Positions 38,187 through 51,439 are shown, counted from the whole stretch's first letter. The stretch is DNA of 63,982 nucleotides, filler included, from Lenisia limosa (GCA_001655205.1; 18 parts of 18 records of this genome joined end to end with filler, not necessarily neighbours in it); one strand, 5' to 3'. Numbers and translations are program-made. Notes: generated by a model from the letters alone, not told the origin.

Positions 38187-41100
38187 ATGGTTGTGCAAAA
38201 GAAGAACATGAAGAGTGGGGTGGCGTTTCCCTGTTCGCCGACGGGTCTAATTTCATCATCTGGAAGAGAGGACCCGGCGGCGGATCGGGATGTAGTTGGA
38301 GAAAATCACTAAATAATCCTGGGGAGGTAATTGAACAGCTCTGCTTTTTGCCCTTCACAAAGCTTATATCCCTTGTAGCAGAAGGGCTAACGGTGGAGCA
38401 AATCAAAGAGGTCAGTTTTTCAAATTTGATCTATCTTCTCCATACCTCTCTAATTTCTCCAGGGCCTCCTCACCCTTTCCAGCACTATGGGTGAAGATGG
38501 ATCAATCAAGGTGTACTGCAGAGTCAAACCGACACCTCACCGCACAAACTGTAAGTCACCCCCCAACATTCTCTGCTCCCTTCCTTTTGACCAAATTAGA
38601 TACTGTTGAAGAATTGGACAATACCATTTCCTTCAATATTTTGAGGGATCAAGAAGATGGATACGTCAACAACCAAAGAGAGAACTTTGGTTTCAAGTTT
38701 GATGGAGTAAGCGTGGGTATTTTTCGAAGAATGTTCGTTTCTGAGCTCCTTTCCTTGTGTTACGCTTTAGATTTTTGACCAGGAGACAAAGCAGGATGAA
38801 GTATTTGAAAAAATCGGAAAGAAAGCAGTCATTGAGTTTGAGGGCATGAAATTGGTGGATAAGGATAACTGCTGAGTTTGACCGTTACAGTGCTGTGTCT
38901 GGATTCAACGCAACGATTTTTGCCTATGGACAGACGGGCTCTGGCAAAACGTTCTCCATCACGGGTTTGCTGGGTAAAAATGAATTTCTCAAAGTTCTCA
39001 AATAATGTCGATATTTTCTCCGGGCTTTTTGGGACGTTGATGATGAAGGTGGCCCTGAGAGGATTGAAGATCAAGGCATCATCCCAAGGTCACTGAAACT
39101 TCTTTTTGAGGAGGTTTACAAGGTGGGTTAATTACTTGTGGTGTGCTTACCCTCCAGCATCCTGAATATTCACACACCATCGAAATCAGTTATCTTGAGA
39201 TCTATAACAACGTTGGCTATGATTTGTTAGACCAAAACCACGAGAACAAGACGCTGGAAGAGCTACCGTAGGTCCCTTGTTGCTGGATATGTTGATTCTT
39301 TAGACGTGTACGGCTGAGTGAGGATGAGAACAACAACTTCCAGGTAGGAGTGGCTTGGAGGGGGCAAATATAAGCATTCAACTCCAAAAAACAGACTTTG
39401 CTGCTAAATGCTGTTTTCAGCCCATTAGACTTACTATGTAAGTTACACAAAAAATTGAAGATACGGGTCATCATTTAGTCTGTAATTTTGTAGTTCTTGG
39501 GGTTTATGTGCATAAGTAATAAAAAAAAAAGCTTATGAGTTATGAGTATATAGATCCGAGGCATTTCCCTCCATAGGGCGACGTCCAAAGAAGATGCTCT
39601 CAATCTCCTCTTCATCGGAGACACTAACAGTCTGATGGAGTGTCTATGTTCCCTCACATAGGCCTATATTTGTACATTATGAGATCGTATCACTTGTTGA
39701 TTTATCTAATAACTACCTATATATTTTTATAGACTCATCTCTACTTATACATTAATTAGAGCATCCTTCTGAAAAGAAACTCTTCTATCTTTCCATAACA
39801 CAATAGGAATGATTGCAGAGACGCCACAGAATTTGGCGTCATCCCGTTCACATTGCCTCTTTACTGTAAATATCTCAAGTCACAAAGGTATGCCCATTGT
39901 GCATGATCTTCAAAAAATGATTCCATCAATCCAAGAATATCGAATTTCCCTGGTTTTGATATCAATTGGTACCAATCATTCGGAATTATTACTTCTTTGT
40001 TTGGGCATGTTATTTTGAGAATCGGCTTTTTGAAATGCTTATTTTATTGATATTATGGCTTACATTAATTTGATGGTTTCAGCGGGTTCAGATGTTGTGC
40101 GTCATTCGAAACTGAATATTGTGGATCTTGCAGGGTAGGTTATTGATTAACATCACATCGAGTGAAATGATTCATTGAATACTAGAAATGGGCTGAAATC
40201 GGTTCATAATTTCTGAATAATTTGACACCAATACATTTTTTATATATCTGGCTAAATCTGTTTTCTTATAATATAAGTTTCCGTACCATTTGCCTGTCAA
40301 GCATCACACTGTCATGTTGCCTTACACCAAGTGGCTATTTTGAGGAGCTGACACTTCAGATCTGAACGTATTGCCAAATCTGGTGCACAGGGGGAGCTGT
40401 TTAAGGAAGCTACCTATATCAACTTGTCGCTTCATTATCTTGAACAGGTTATTGTGGCTCTGCAGGAGAAGTCCAAAGGCAAAAGAAGCCACATTCCGTG
40501 AGCAGTGCTTCACTCCTTGCTAAGTATCATTATTCTATTGGTACCACCAAAATCCCTCTTGATGTGAAACGGTCAAGACTTTTAAGCAAGACTAAATCTT
40601 GAATACAGAATTTACATTGGGATACTTTAAACTAGACATGTTACTCCCTAATGATTGACTTGACATGATATCCCCTAATGATTGACCAGATATCGGAATT
40701 CGTTCATGACGTCAATTCTCAAAGACTCCCTCGGAGGTAATTGTCGCACTGTGATGCTTGCCACGATTGGAGTGGATGACCTTCAAATCCCTGTTGGTGG
40801 CGTAGAGTTTTTGCTGCTGGTGGCTTGCTGGAGTCTTTTTATGGAACACATTTGAAAACTAATCCACTTTCTGAATGCAAATCATTGATAACAAGAATAA
40901 AGAAGTATTTTCTGATATTTACGCAAGCCCTAGGAAACAATGTCTACATGTCGGTTTGCGCAACGCGTGTCCACAATCAGCAACCACGCCATTATCAATG
41001 AGGACGTTGACCCCAAACTGCTCATTGCGCGGCTTAAGAAAGAGGTTTGTAGCCGAATGCTTTTTGACTTTTTAGATCAGAGATCTCAAGCAAGAGCTGG

Positions 41101-44100
41101 CCCTTTTGAGAGGATCTGATGACGACACCACCATCACAAGTTCCGAGGAAGAACGGTAGGAGCTTCGTGCCTCTCTTTTTCACCCATGTATCCTACCAAA
41201 TGTTTCAATCTGTTCCCACACCCCGTACAGGTCTCACTGTTCAGTATTCGCATAGCTGTGAAGGCCTTCTGCAATGACCCTTCGCCTGAAGCGTCATTGA
41301 ACCTCCTTTCAATGTCTCGAATCACATTAGCACATAGAATCTTCAAGGACATCATCTCAAAAGGTCTAGGGCTGTTGTATCTATATTCAGGTCTAGGGCT
41401 GTTGTACCTATATTCAGGTCTAGGGCTGTGGTACCTATATTCAGGTCTTGGGCTGTTGTATCTATATTTTCCTTGACTGTTACTGGACCACAGGAGTCTC
41501 ATCATTCCCAGGAGGATTTTCTCTGGACGAAGCCGAGGTCGAGACTAAAATTGTTCCAACTCAAGCTCTGCCAGACCATCAGGTAAGCGATTTATGAACT
41601 TGAACTTGAGCTCTTATTTTTTTTTGGGGGGTTTCAATTCGCATCCCTTCCTTCACACTTTCCAAATTTAACGTTTATATATATGATATATATTATATCA
41701 TTCATATTGTTTATATTACTTCTCTTTTTTTGGCAATCGGGAGTATTGAACTGATCCTCACTTTGTAGATTGCTGTCGACAAAATTGTCCTTCAAAAAAT
41801 GAGAGAACAAGTACTCCAGCGAGATAATGAAATCAGTTGGTGGAGGCATTGGCAACGGTCAGTTACTCCCGTTATTATGTCTCAGACGTAAAAATTGCAA
41901 TAATAACTAATGGTTTGGTTGTAACATTTTAGCCATTTTGGTCTCTATGCTCAAGAAAGAAAAGGCGAAACAAGGCTCTCAGTCGTCACAGCCCCCACAA
42001 ACTTCAACAATGTGAGGTTGTCGTTTGTTTTAACCTTAAAGGGGACAACAGTCTGTTAGTCAACCTATTGAGACGCCAACTTCAACTATCGTACACTGTG
42101 GGTTACTATGGAGAGGTGGTTTCTTTCTTTGAGCGGTTGCTGATTCGGATTGATTATTGCTGATTCGGATTATTATTTGTCTACTTTACCATCAACAATT
42201 GCGCTCTATATAGTAATCAATATATACAAATGATATATTATCCTGGTGTGAACGGCTTTGGCCAGATATTGCAACCTCTTGGTATTTCGCATTTCCACAT
42301 ATTTTAAAGGTTAACTTGGTTCAGCACCGCCTTCCAAACCCGCACCCTTGCCGGGTCATACCCCCTCTTCAGGTGGGTGTAAACTTGGATAGGGAGCTAC
42401 GCATTCCAGTCTCACTAAATTAAGTCTGAAAAAATGTTATTAACAGCATTGTAAAAAGTCATCTTTAAGGTGAAGTCGATAGAGATGCTGCATTCAGAGA
42501 GTTCAAGAACCAATATGCTAAAAATGATGCGATTGAAGTGGGTGATGGGGGGGTGTGCTGTTTTTTTTTTGGACATAAACATTTCATTCTGACGTTTCAG
42601 AACAATAAAACTGTCCTCAAGAAACACTACGAAGATGCCAAACACTTAGGAGCCGTGGTGAAGGCTTCTCGTGACGCTATCAGTATGTTGGGTACCCTGT
42701 TTGTTACCCGGGTTCACTTTGGCGCTGTGAAATTCTACTTTACCAAATTCTACTTTACCTTCCTATTCTTTTCCATATAGTGAGTGTATATGTGAAGCTT
42801 GTAACCCCTTGGGAACCTTTGTTACAAGACCGTTCTTCCGTGGATTTGGGGCATATCTAATCGATTCAGACAAACTGAAGGCGGAAGTGGAGCAGTTCCG
42901 AGTTGAACAGGCGATGCAAGGTTTATACAATGGCTCTGGAGTAGGGGGTTCGATCAAGGATTAGTGAGGTGAATCACATTGGGGTTTTGGTAGCTACTTT
43001 CAATGGATTTTTGGGCTTTGGCTAAAGGACAGAGAGATAACTTGCTAGGCTGGCCCGCTCGAGGACGAACTAAAGACCAAAATTGAGACAGAGAAGAACC
43101 GTTACAAAACCGCGTTCAACCAGCTGCGCGAGTTGAAAGGCAACATAGACCATCTTCATCTTCTTCTTGGCCGGCAGCGCCAAGCCATGAACACCGATTT
43201 TGAGGACTGGCTCAGAGCCAAGACCGAGGTTGAGGCCCAAATGCGGACACGTGACGGTTTNNNNNNNNNNNNNNNNNNNNNNNNNNNNNNNNNNNNNNNN
43301 NNNNNNNNNNNNNNNNNNNNNNNNNNNNNNNNNNNTAGGATAGTGATGATCAAAGGATAGATCAAGGACCTTTAACGATCAGCGGGCTAGAGATGTCGGT
43401 TTTGACTGTTTAAGCCTTTGTCTGTTTTTACTTTTTAGGTTCAGTGGCGCGTCCCCCTCAGACGCAGCCAGTAGGGGGTGAGGGGTCTAATCAATATGAA
43501 TATGATATGTACACGTGTTATTCTCTAGACCGTTCCCGTTGTTCCGAGAACCGCGTGGGGACAAGAGCCCCCAACCATCAGGTAGGCTTCACTAAACTTC
43601 ACTAAGGCTGAAAAACACAGAAAACACAGAAATAATTCGATTCCTAGGTGTTTTATTAGGATTTCCTTTTTTTGACACCAACACTTGCCTCACAACACAG
43701 ACCAGTACCAATGAAGTCGCCTCCACGACCTGCGCCGNNNNNNNNNNNNNNNNNNNNNNNNNNNNNNNNNNNNNNNNNNNNNNNNNNNNNNNNNNNNNNN
43801 NNNNNNNNNNAGGGGTTCGGCGCACATGAAATGTTATGATCATTTGACCGCATTCATTACCTGGGTAATATTTACAATAATATGGGCCAGTTTATGGCAA
43901 TTAAAACCAGAGCTGTATGTGAAGAATAGAAGATACATTTTTCAGATATTTATTAACACTCATGTTATTACACAAAGGCCATGATTTGATTTCATTTGAT
44001 TTGTCACTATCTAGGTTCCCGGTACCTCAATCCAGTCCACGGGCAGCAAGGAAGCAGATGATGATATTGCCGCTTTCTATCGTGCGAAGGCAGCTCTGCA

Positions 44101-44119
44101 GGCAACTCGACGAGGTTGA
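38187..44119 (+). CDS. KIF6: Kinesin-9 family motor (KIF6-like), complete, about 30 exons
   Basis: [36 protein letters not shown] (P-loop), [54 protein letters not shown]; coiled-coil stalk; C-terminal [11 protein letters not shown]; TGA stop at 44117-44119. Confidence 0.95.
41364..41470 (+). repeat. Intronic minisatellite, 27 bp x4
   Basis: AGGTCTAGGGCTGTTGTATCTATATTC repeated four times, starting at the kinesin splice donor. It explains the spurious [12 protein letters not shown]. Confidence 0.95.
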
Positions 44120-44708
44120 ACGGCTGATATCTTTTTTTGGTTTTCTTGGAGGCTTGGAAGCTTTGGTTTTGTTCTGTTTTAGTGAAAGTGCTGACGGGAA
44201 CTGATGTGTGTTCGCCCTACTATGTTTATGGTTTTTTTTTTAATGTCGGGTACTGAATAAATTAATTTCTTTTGAATGAATTACCCAGGGAGCAGGGAAG
44301 TCGTACTATGTGATGATGTGAAATTGAGATCCACTATGTTCACCACAGACAATTCCCATTTTTCTCAATATCTGAATATGACATGATATACCTGAATGGC
44401 ATTATAGGAGTATAGGTAAGAGTATTTATGTTTATGTATGTATTTATCACGTATTTAGCAGTTTGTTAGAGAGAGGTAAAAAAAAGGAGCAATTAAACTG
44501 AACTTTTGATCTATGACCTTGAATGTTTTTTCAAATAATTAAATCCATCTGGAATTGAGCTGGAAAGAAAGACGAAAAACGACAAAGTAAACGATTATAC
44601 GTTGTTGTGGCAAGCTATAGGGAAACAAAACAAGCTCAGTGGTTGAAGCCTTTTCACTTCTGGACTCCTTTCCATGCTGTCCCTTCAAATTCGAATCTTT
44701 CGACCATA

Positions 44709-47152
44709 ATGCCGTTCAATCAAGACTCTGCGATTCGCATTAATGACAATTCGCCTCTTATCAGGCCGTCTGTGTCTGACACGGCTCTCGCCAGCCCAAG
44801 TGAGGATGATATCGTGTCTGTAGAGACACATGTTGTTAATTTAGGACCGCCTACTGCGACCGAGTAAGTCAGCTTGCGACATGTCACAAGTGTAGGAAGA
44901 TAGCTGATTTCTTCAACCTCTTCAAGCTCTTCATTGGGTCGACATTTGCCGGTTGGCTTGAGTTTATCATGCAAATCTTACCACTTAGCAACACCGTATG
45001 TCATGTTCGCGTGCGGATGGTGAGCGTTTAATTGTTTCCTTATTCTGTCCCTTTTCCCTGTTAAGCCTCACACGCCTCCCCCTGTGGACTATGATTAACT
45101 AACACGAAGAGCTGTGACTTTTCAGGCTTGGTGGAACGCTGCTCTACTCTGCCGTTGCCATCATGACGTATACCTGTGTTCTGATGCTCATCAAAGTTAG
45201 GCCGATACTGGTCCGCTGACCCCTTAGGCCAAATACCGGATGGTTAGCCAAGGCCGGTTGTCGCCCTCAGCAGGCTACGGAGACGTGGCGTCTTCAGCTC
45301 TTGGTGGCTTTGCGATGGTGCTTGTCAACATTGCTCTCTTCTGTGGGTCTCTCACAACGTTCCCTCTTGCCTACTGTTGTCACGTGTTTAGTCACGCAGA
45401 TGGGCTTCACTATTGGCTACATGATCTTTTTGGGCCAAAATACAGCGCATCTCTTCGACATTCCTTACACCACCGCCGTGCTCTGTGGGTTTTACTGGGC
45501 TTATATTTTCGTCAAATGATTTTGATTTTCTGATTCAGTACTCCTCTTCAAAAATGCAGTTACATGGAGATACGTCAACTCATGCTCCAGATTACACTGT
45601 TCCCATTCAGATCCTGCAGCAGATCCGCGACATCAGAAAATTGGGCCCAATCTCAGCATCAGCCAACACTCTTTACTTCGCCGCTGTGGCCCTTATTGTT
45701 TGGTAGGGTCGGGCTTGCGGGGTTGCTATGGACTTATTGACTAAATTGAGCGTTACAAGATGAACCAACCGCTTGTTAAGTTGAGCATTACAAGATGAAC
45801 CAACCTCTTATTAATAGCATCCGATTTTTTTTTTTGAGAGTGTTGGTAATGAGTTGAGTTCTTTGGAAAATAATAATGCACCCCTTACGCTTTAGGCAAG
45901 TCGTCGACGAGCGCAACGACGTGCAGCCGGTTCAGCCTTTTGACTGGTCTCTGATGCCTATTGCGTTAGGAATTGCCACGGCCTCTTTAGAAGGCATTGG
46001 CTTGGTTCGTGTCTTGTAAGGTTCTCACCATTTTAGATCATCCCCGTTGAAGCGTCAATGACAAATAACCGCAGCAACTTCAGAAGCTACTTATGTTTGT
46101 TACGGATACGCTTTCTCACTTTCTAGCCTTTTCTCTTCTTTGCATTGTTTCTTCCTTTATTCTTTTCGGCGTTTTTGGATACGTTAATTACGGAGAGGTG
46201 AGTATCATATGATATGGATAAAGGACGGCGTTTGACCATTTAGGACACAAACCAAATTATTCTGCTCAACGTCACCCCGGGCCCCCGTTTGGAGGTTGCA
46301 ACATTCCTTCTGGTTTGCACTGTTCTTATCATTGAACACCATCCATTCATTTTAACCCTTCAGGTGATGGCAGTTTTGTTCACATATCCTCTCCAGCTGA
46401 TTCCTCCTATTAGACTCACATGTGGCATTTTCTTCAGAAATGTTTGTGGCTTCCTTGATTATTTGAGCGCAATAATTAGGCCTCTGTGCAATTAATTGCA
46501 CTTCTTCTACTTCAGGCATTAATCTCTGTAGCGTCCGCCTCCAGTTTTATTTGAGCGCTTCATTCGCGTTTGTCTTGTGTTCGCAACAGCTGGTTAGCTA
46601 CGATCTCACGATTGATCTCTTCTTCTTTCTTGTCGTTATATTCACTTTTGCCTTCTTTTTTTTTTTGCATTATTCTGTTCTCTATTTCACCTTTTTCACC
46701 CATATTATATCTATCTGTATGTTATTCAAAGTTCTTGCATTTTCTCTTTTTTCAGTTTTGTTGCTTAACTGTCTTAGGGATCGCCTGTGTCTTCCAAGAT
46801 TACGCACTTGTCACTGGAGGTTGGGATTAACTGATAAAGCAATAGTAGTGGCTACCGCCTTTATTGGTAGAAAGCTACTGTCATACAATACATCTCTTTT
46901 CTGAGTATGTTCGTTGTCTCATTGTTCAGCTGTCGGCTCCCTTGGCTCAACCATGATCGCCTATCTTTTCCCCTTGATCATTCATGCCAAGATTATTGGG
47001 TTTGCGCGTGGCTGTTGTTTTCATTTTTTAGCTTGTCGTCATTTGGCAAACGATTGCGCTTCTGTGTCCTTTTATTGGGGGTGCTGTCCGTAATGACAGT
47101 TGGAACATATACGTCGTTTATTATGCTGTACGATTCCAAGGTGAACAATTAG
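44709..47152 (+). CDS. Amino-acid transporter (Aa_trans, SLC36/38/AVT-like), apparently complete, multi-exon
   Basis: FFNLFKLFIGS...TPY...GW, YGDVA...LG, TQMGFTIGYMIFLGQN, QIRDIRKLGPISASAN, EGIGLIIPVEA, FGVFGY.NYG, LFTYPLQLIP, PLIIH. Short GT-AG introns. Confidence 0.92.
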
Positions 47153-47290
47153 GTAATGGTTTTTCTGATTTCGGTTGTTGAGTGAACAAATGCATCTTTT
47201 CTGTATCTATTTTGGTTTTGATATTATCATAATTCTCTAATGAGTGGACAAACAAAACAGCTTTACTTCAATTGTGATCAGAGCAATCAT

Positions 47291-48924
47291 TTAGTTTGCG
47301 TTCAGGCCAGACTTTATACGATTGAAGGATTCTTCCAGCTTAAAGAGTTATTTCAACAGATTTAAAAGCTGAAGAACTATTATTTTCTATCATCTCTAAT
47401 ACACAGAAGCACTTCACACCAACCGAGTTGTTGGTTATGCCAGCGAAGCAGAATCGGAACCATCCAGGTACGGGTGAAGCGAAAAACTGCCCTGAAATTG
47501 TCAAAGCAAAAAGATGAGACAATTAATAACAAAATTGAAAAAACCTCATCTCAATAATCTTAGTATTTTTCAATCAGCAAGACATGAGAAGATCAACCCT
47601 CATACCCGCAGTGAGGTACACTTTGTGACCATTTAGAAGATTGTCCCAGAGTGCCAATTCACCTGGAGAATCAGTTGACACTGTCTGCTCTCAAATCCCA
47701 AGGCGGATAAGGGGCTCCGTTGAGTCACATTTGCGAGTGCAACGAAAAATCCAATAGTTGGGACTGGTTCCAAGACGTATTTTGTGGTAGCCCAAAAAGG
47801 ACCAATTGAAAAAAATTGCAACTTTCTATAACAAATAGCCAGATATCCTAAGCTAACCTTCGAAAGATTCAGCTGCTGAGGGAACACGATGTCCCAAATT
47901 ACACCAAACAAAAAAGCCAGCCTAAACTATCAGCGAAAAGACCAATAAAATATTACTGCTACAGAGTCAAGATCAAACTCACATCGGGCATTGAGAAAGG
48001 AATTCCGCTCTCCTCCAGGAAGACAATGGTTTTCTAGAAGGTCATGTTGCTAAGTGCCCAACTTTAAAGGGATCCTGTAAACGATTTTGGTATGTCTTCC
48101 AATAGTTGGCCATATACCTAATCAGTAAGACAGGTCTGTTCAAAATGGATAAATCCCCGATAAATATATCCCCAAGTGCCTTTTTCAGACTGAAAAAAAA
48201 ATAAAAAAATCTTCAACCATCTACTCTGAATCAGAAATCATTTTCATGAGTGCGTCTTGGGTGTCATTTGACACGGTGTGGAAATGGCAGAAGCTGGCAA
48301 CAGCCTAGTGATTAAGGGGGGTAACCATTTGATAAGGCGGTGTAACCATTTGTTAAGGTGGTGTAACAACATTATGGTTACGGGGGTTATGGGATGATAA
48401 CAACATTATGGTTACGGGGATGATAACAACATTATGGTTACGGGGATGCCGCACAATAATTCAGATGCCTACATTCATAACAGCGGGGTTTAATGAATGG
48501 AAAAGTCCAACTTTGAAGCCTCCCATTCCAAAGTCCTTGGCAAAGCCTGTAATGTAAATAAACAGCAAAACTAAAAGAGATTTGCACGATATCAAGTGGA
48601 ACTGAAGTAACCATAACAATTGATGTTCAAACCGTAAATAAGGTGGCAGTAACGGTCGCGCCATTCCTTCTCAATGAAACCACGGTGCCACAGGCTTCTA
48701 AATGGGGCATTAGGAGTGAATCACAAACTTCCCGTTTTCACTTTCAGAATCCCAACAAACATCCATACATCAAACTCACGAATCAATAAAAAAGCCTTGT
48801 GTTTATGAACATGTATCCCAAAACAGCACCTGTAAGGAGTGTCACCAAGAATGGACTTGGCGTAGATGGCGTCTTCAACCACGTGCAGATTACGGGCCGT
48901 GCAGAAGTCAACAATAATTTTGCA
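47291..48924 (-). CDS. ACCS: ACC-synthase-like PLP-dependent aminotransferase (class I/II), 3' part
   Basis: Exons give LHVVEDAIYAKSIL, HLIYGFAKDFGMGGFKVG (PLP lysine), AGFFVWCNL, ELALWDNLLNGHKVYLTAG and PGWFRFCFA, ending LEESFNRIKSGLNAN*. All junctions are in phase. 5' end is off the scaffold. Confidence 0.9.
48364..48448 (+). repeat. Intronic minisatellite (TAACAACATTATGGTTACGGGG...) x3
   Basis: Three tandem units inside an intron of the ACC-synthase-like gene. Confidence 0.9.
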
Positions 48925-49759
48925 CTATACGTCATTGATCGTGATAGGTGAGGCAAATGTTTTTGCAAAAACTATATCATATAATATCTATAAATCCGAT
49001 ATCTCTTATAAGCGTGANNNNNNNNNNNNNNNNNNNNNNNNNNNNNNNNNNNNNNNNNNNNTTAATTAATTAANNNNNNNNNNNNNNNNNNNNNNNNNNN
49101 NNNNNNNNNNNNNNNNNTAAATACATATAATATATTATGCATTTTTCGATAATACATATAGTTTGAGGTAAAACCTTAACATGACAAACTCGAAGTAACA
49201 TTATTAAATAATAAGCGTAATGAATCATTAGATTACGTAAAACGATTTGCCATGTCAGAAGAAACAGCTGAAGAAGAAAAGGTAAGGGTTGTTGTCTGAA
49301 ATTCGATTAACAAATGCAACCATATGATTGAAATCTGAAAAGACCCTCTTAATCTACAGATTAACATCTTGGTCACGAAATACATGAAATGATTGAAACT
49401 GATGGTTAAGGATGAGGTGGAAGAAGACTCTGATCATGACTCTCTATCTTCATTAAGTACTGATGGTAGGTTATTTCATATCATATGAGTCTAGATCATT
49501 TTCTCATCTCTCTTGTACGTTGTTTTTCACGATTTTAGATGATTGAAGAAGCTCTGAAGTAGATTTGAATGGTGAAAGAATATATGTAGTCATCTTGTAG
49601 CAAACATGTTTTCTACACGTATTATTTCCAATGTTTCAAGAGGGGGGGGGGGGGGANNNNNNNNNNNNNNNNNNNNNNNNNNNNNNNNNNNNNNNNNNNN
49701 NNNNNNNNNNNNNNNNNNNNNNNNNNNNNNNNNNNNNNNNCCGATTCTTGGGTTACCTG

Positions 49760-50925
49760 AAAATCTTTTTTTTGCACCGAATGAGTCTCTGGAGAACGAG
49801 CTGTACGAAACAGAAATGGCCACATGCATAAGGAACAGGATGATAGCCTTAAAACTGCCTAAAACGCTCCTCTGTATCTGAGTTGACAGTGTAGGGACTG
49901 AAAAGGTAATACAAAGCCACAAAGCTGCCAGAGGCCCTCTAATTTTGATACATCGATCATTTAGGACATTGTTTTATCAAAAAATGCTGGGAAAATTGAT
50001 GGTGAAATAAACTCCCGAAACACCCCACTTTAAATAAACATTCAGTCTGACTTGGTCTTGCCCATAGTCATGCGTAAATGTGCTTGTCTCCCGGCCCGCG
50101 ACAGTTTCGGTATCATCAAAATAATTGCAGCCGCTCCAGACAGCTGAATCACAAACTGCAGAGTGAGTTATACATCTCGCTGTAAGGGGGAATCGCAATT
50201 AGCACAGAAATTGGGCTTGGATTTAACTTTTTTTTTTTTATTATTGAGGCAATAGCTACCACCTCCCTCGTACCGAGACAGGAATAGGCAAAGATGATAT
50301 CTGAAGGAGTGGACTGCTTGGGGGCAGGTAGAGGCTTGCGTTGAGTACTAAGGCTATCACCACTCCGACCTGACGGGTGAGCCCAAAACAAATAAAGAAG
50401 CTAAGAATATATAAAACCTACTATACTGATATCATATCATAGTAAACCAGGAAAACGATGGAAGCTAAATAGGAGTGACGAGAAACTCAAATACTTTGCT
50501 TCTTTGTTTCTTCTGCAACTTATTTCAATTAGCTACCCGCAAACCCATCCGGGAATTTGGTCTGTTCTTAGCAACAAAAAGGTGATTGGAATCGGGAGAA
50601 GTGAAGCTTCGGAGAGGGACAGAAACTGGGGAGAGTGAAAAAAAGATGAGAGCGCTTCCCACCTGAATATTAAAGAAATCTCAGAATATTCTGAGTTTTT
50701 TATCATAACAAAGCAATATAAACCAAATCCAATATCCAATCTTGCACAATAATGCTTGGGGTTACCATAAACCCAAAGTAGGAAATAGAGTGGATGGTGC
50801 AAGTCAAATGAATGAATTATAAGATAAAAAATGGTGCACATCACATACTTGCTTAAAGCAAAGCGTTCCAATAATGGGTAAGGTTGATGCAACAGCTAGC
50901 ACATCTCGTGAGCGTGGAGATGCCT
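49760..50925 (-). CDS. Hypothetical multi-pass membrane protein, fragment
   Basis: In-phase exons FVIQLSGAAAIILMIPKLSRAGRQAHLRMTMGKTK|GPLAALWLCITFSVP...FKAIILFLMHVAISVSY, with upstream hydrophobic exons such as VGVVIALVLNASLYL. Confidence 0.6.
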
Positions 50926-51439
50926 CTTTGGTAGGGGGGGAGTAAAATTGAAAAAAATTTGAAACAAAAAAGCCCAAATCAACNNNNNNNNNNNNNNNNN
51001 NNNNNNNNNNNNNNNNNNNNNNNNNNNTTAATTAATTAANNNNNNNNNNNNNNNNNNNNNNNNNNNNNNNNNNNNNNNNNNNNCGGGATGGGACGGGTCA
51101 AATAGGACCTTTTTAGTGTTGTGCGTGGTACAAACCGAGCCGATTTCATACGTTAACTCTATCAAATCCTGTGATAATTAAATCGCATCTGCTGATATCT
51201 GATACGTGAGATTTTTGTTTTTTATTTGACATCTTCCTCAATTCACATAGCTATATGATAAAAATGCATTCATTAACAGAAATGATGAAAGGTAAAATTT
51301 GAGGAATTTGGTCCTTTGGGGATTTTTGTAATATCGAAAAAAGCAACCAGTTGTATATGGATATGTTCACCACCCTCCCATGACCCAGCGTATTCTTCAT
51401 CGAAATTCCCTTCGTTTTACTCTCCGCCCCCCGCCCCCA

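Noticed and set aside
41134-41505. ORF with YRYNSPRPE repeats
   Set aside because: Antisense translation of a kinesin exon plus a 27-bp intronic minisatellite.
35982-49017. Functional clustering between genes on different scaffolds (e.g. GCP4 with kinesin)
   Set aside because: Separated by artificial spacers, so neighbourhood across scaffolds is meaningless.
49250-50170. Four in-frame TGA codons in apparent plus-strand exons, suggesting UGA=Trp or Sec recoding
   Set aside because: The 49760-50170 part reads as clean, in-phase, stop-free exons on the minus strand. The 49250-49560 part can be spliced without the first TGA via an alternative acceptor. The kinesin terminates at TGA, and Trp is TGG in all conserved genes.
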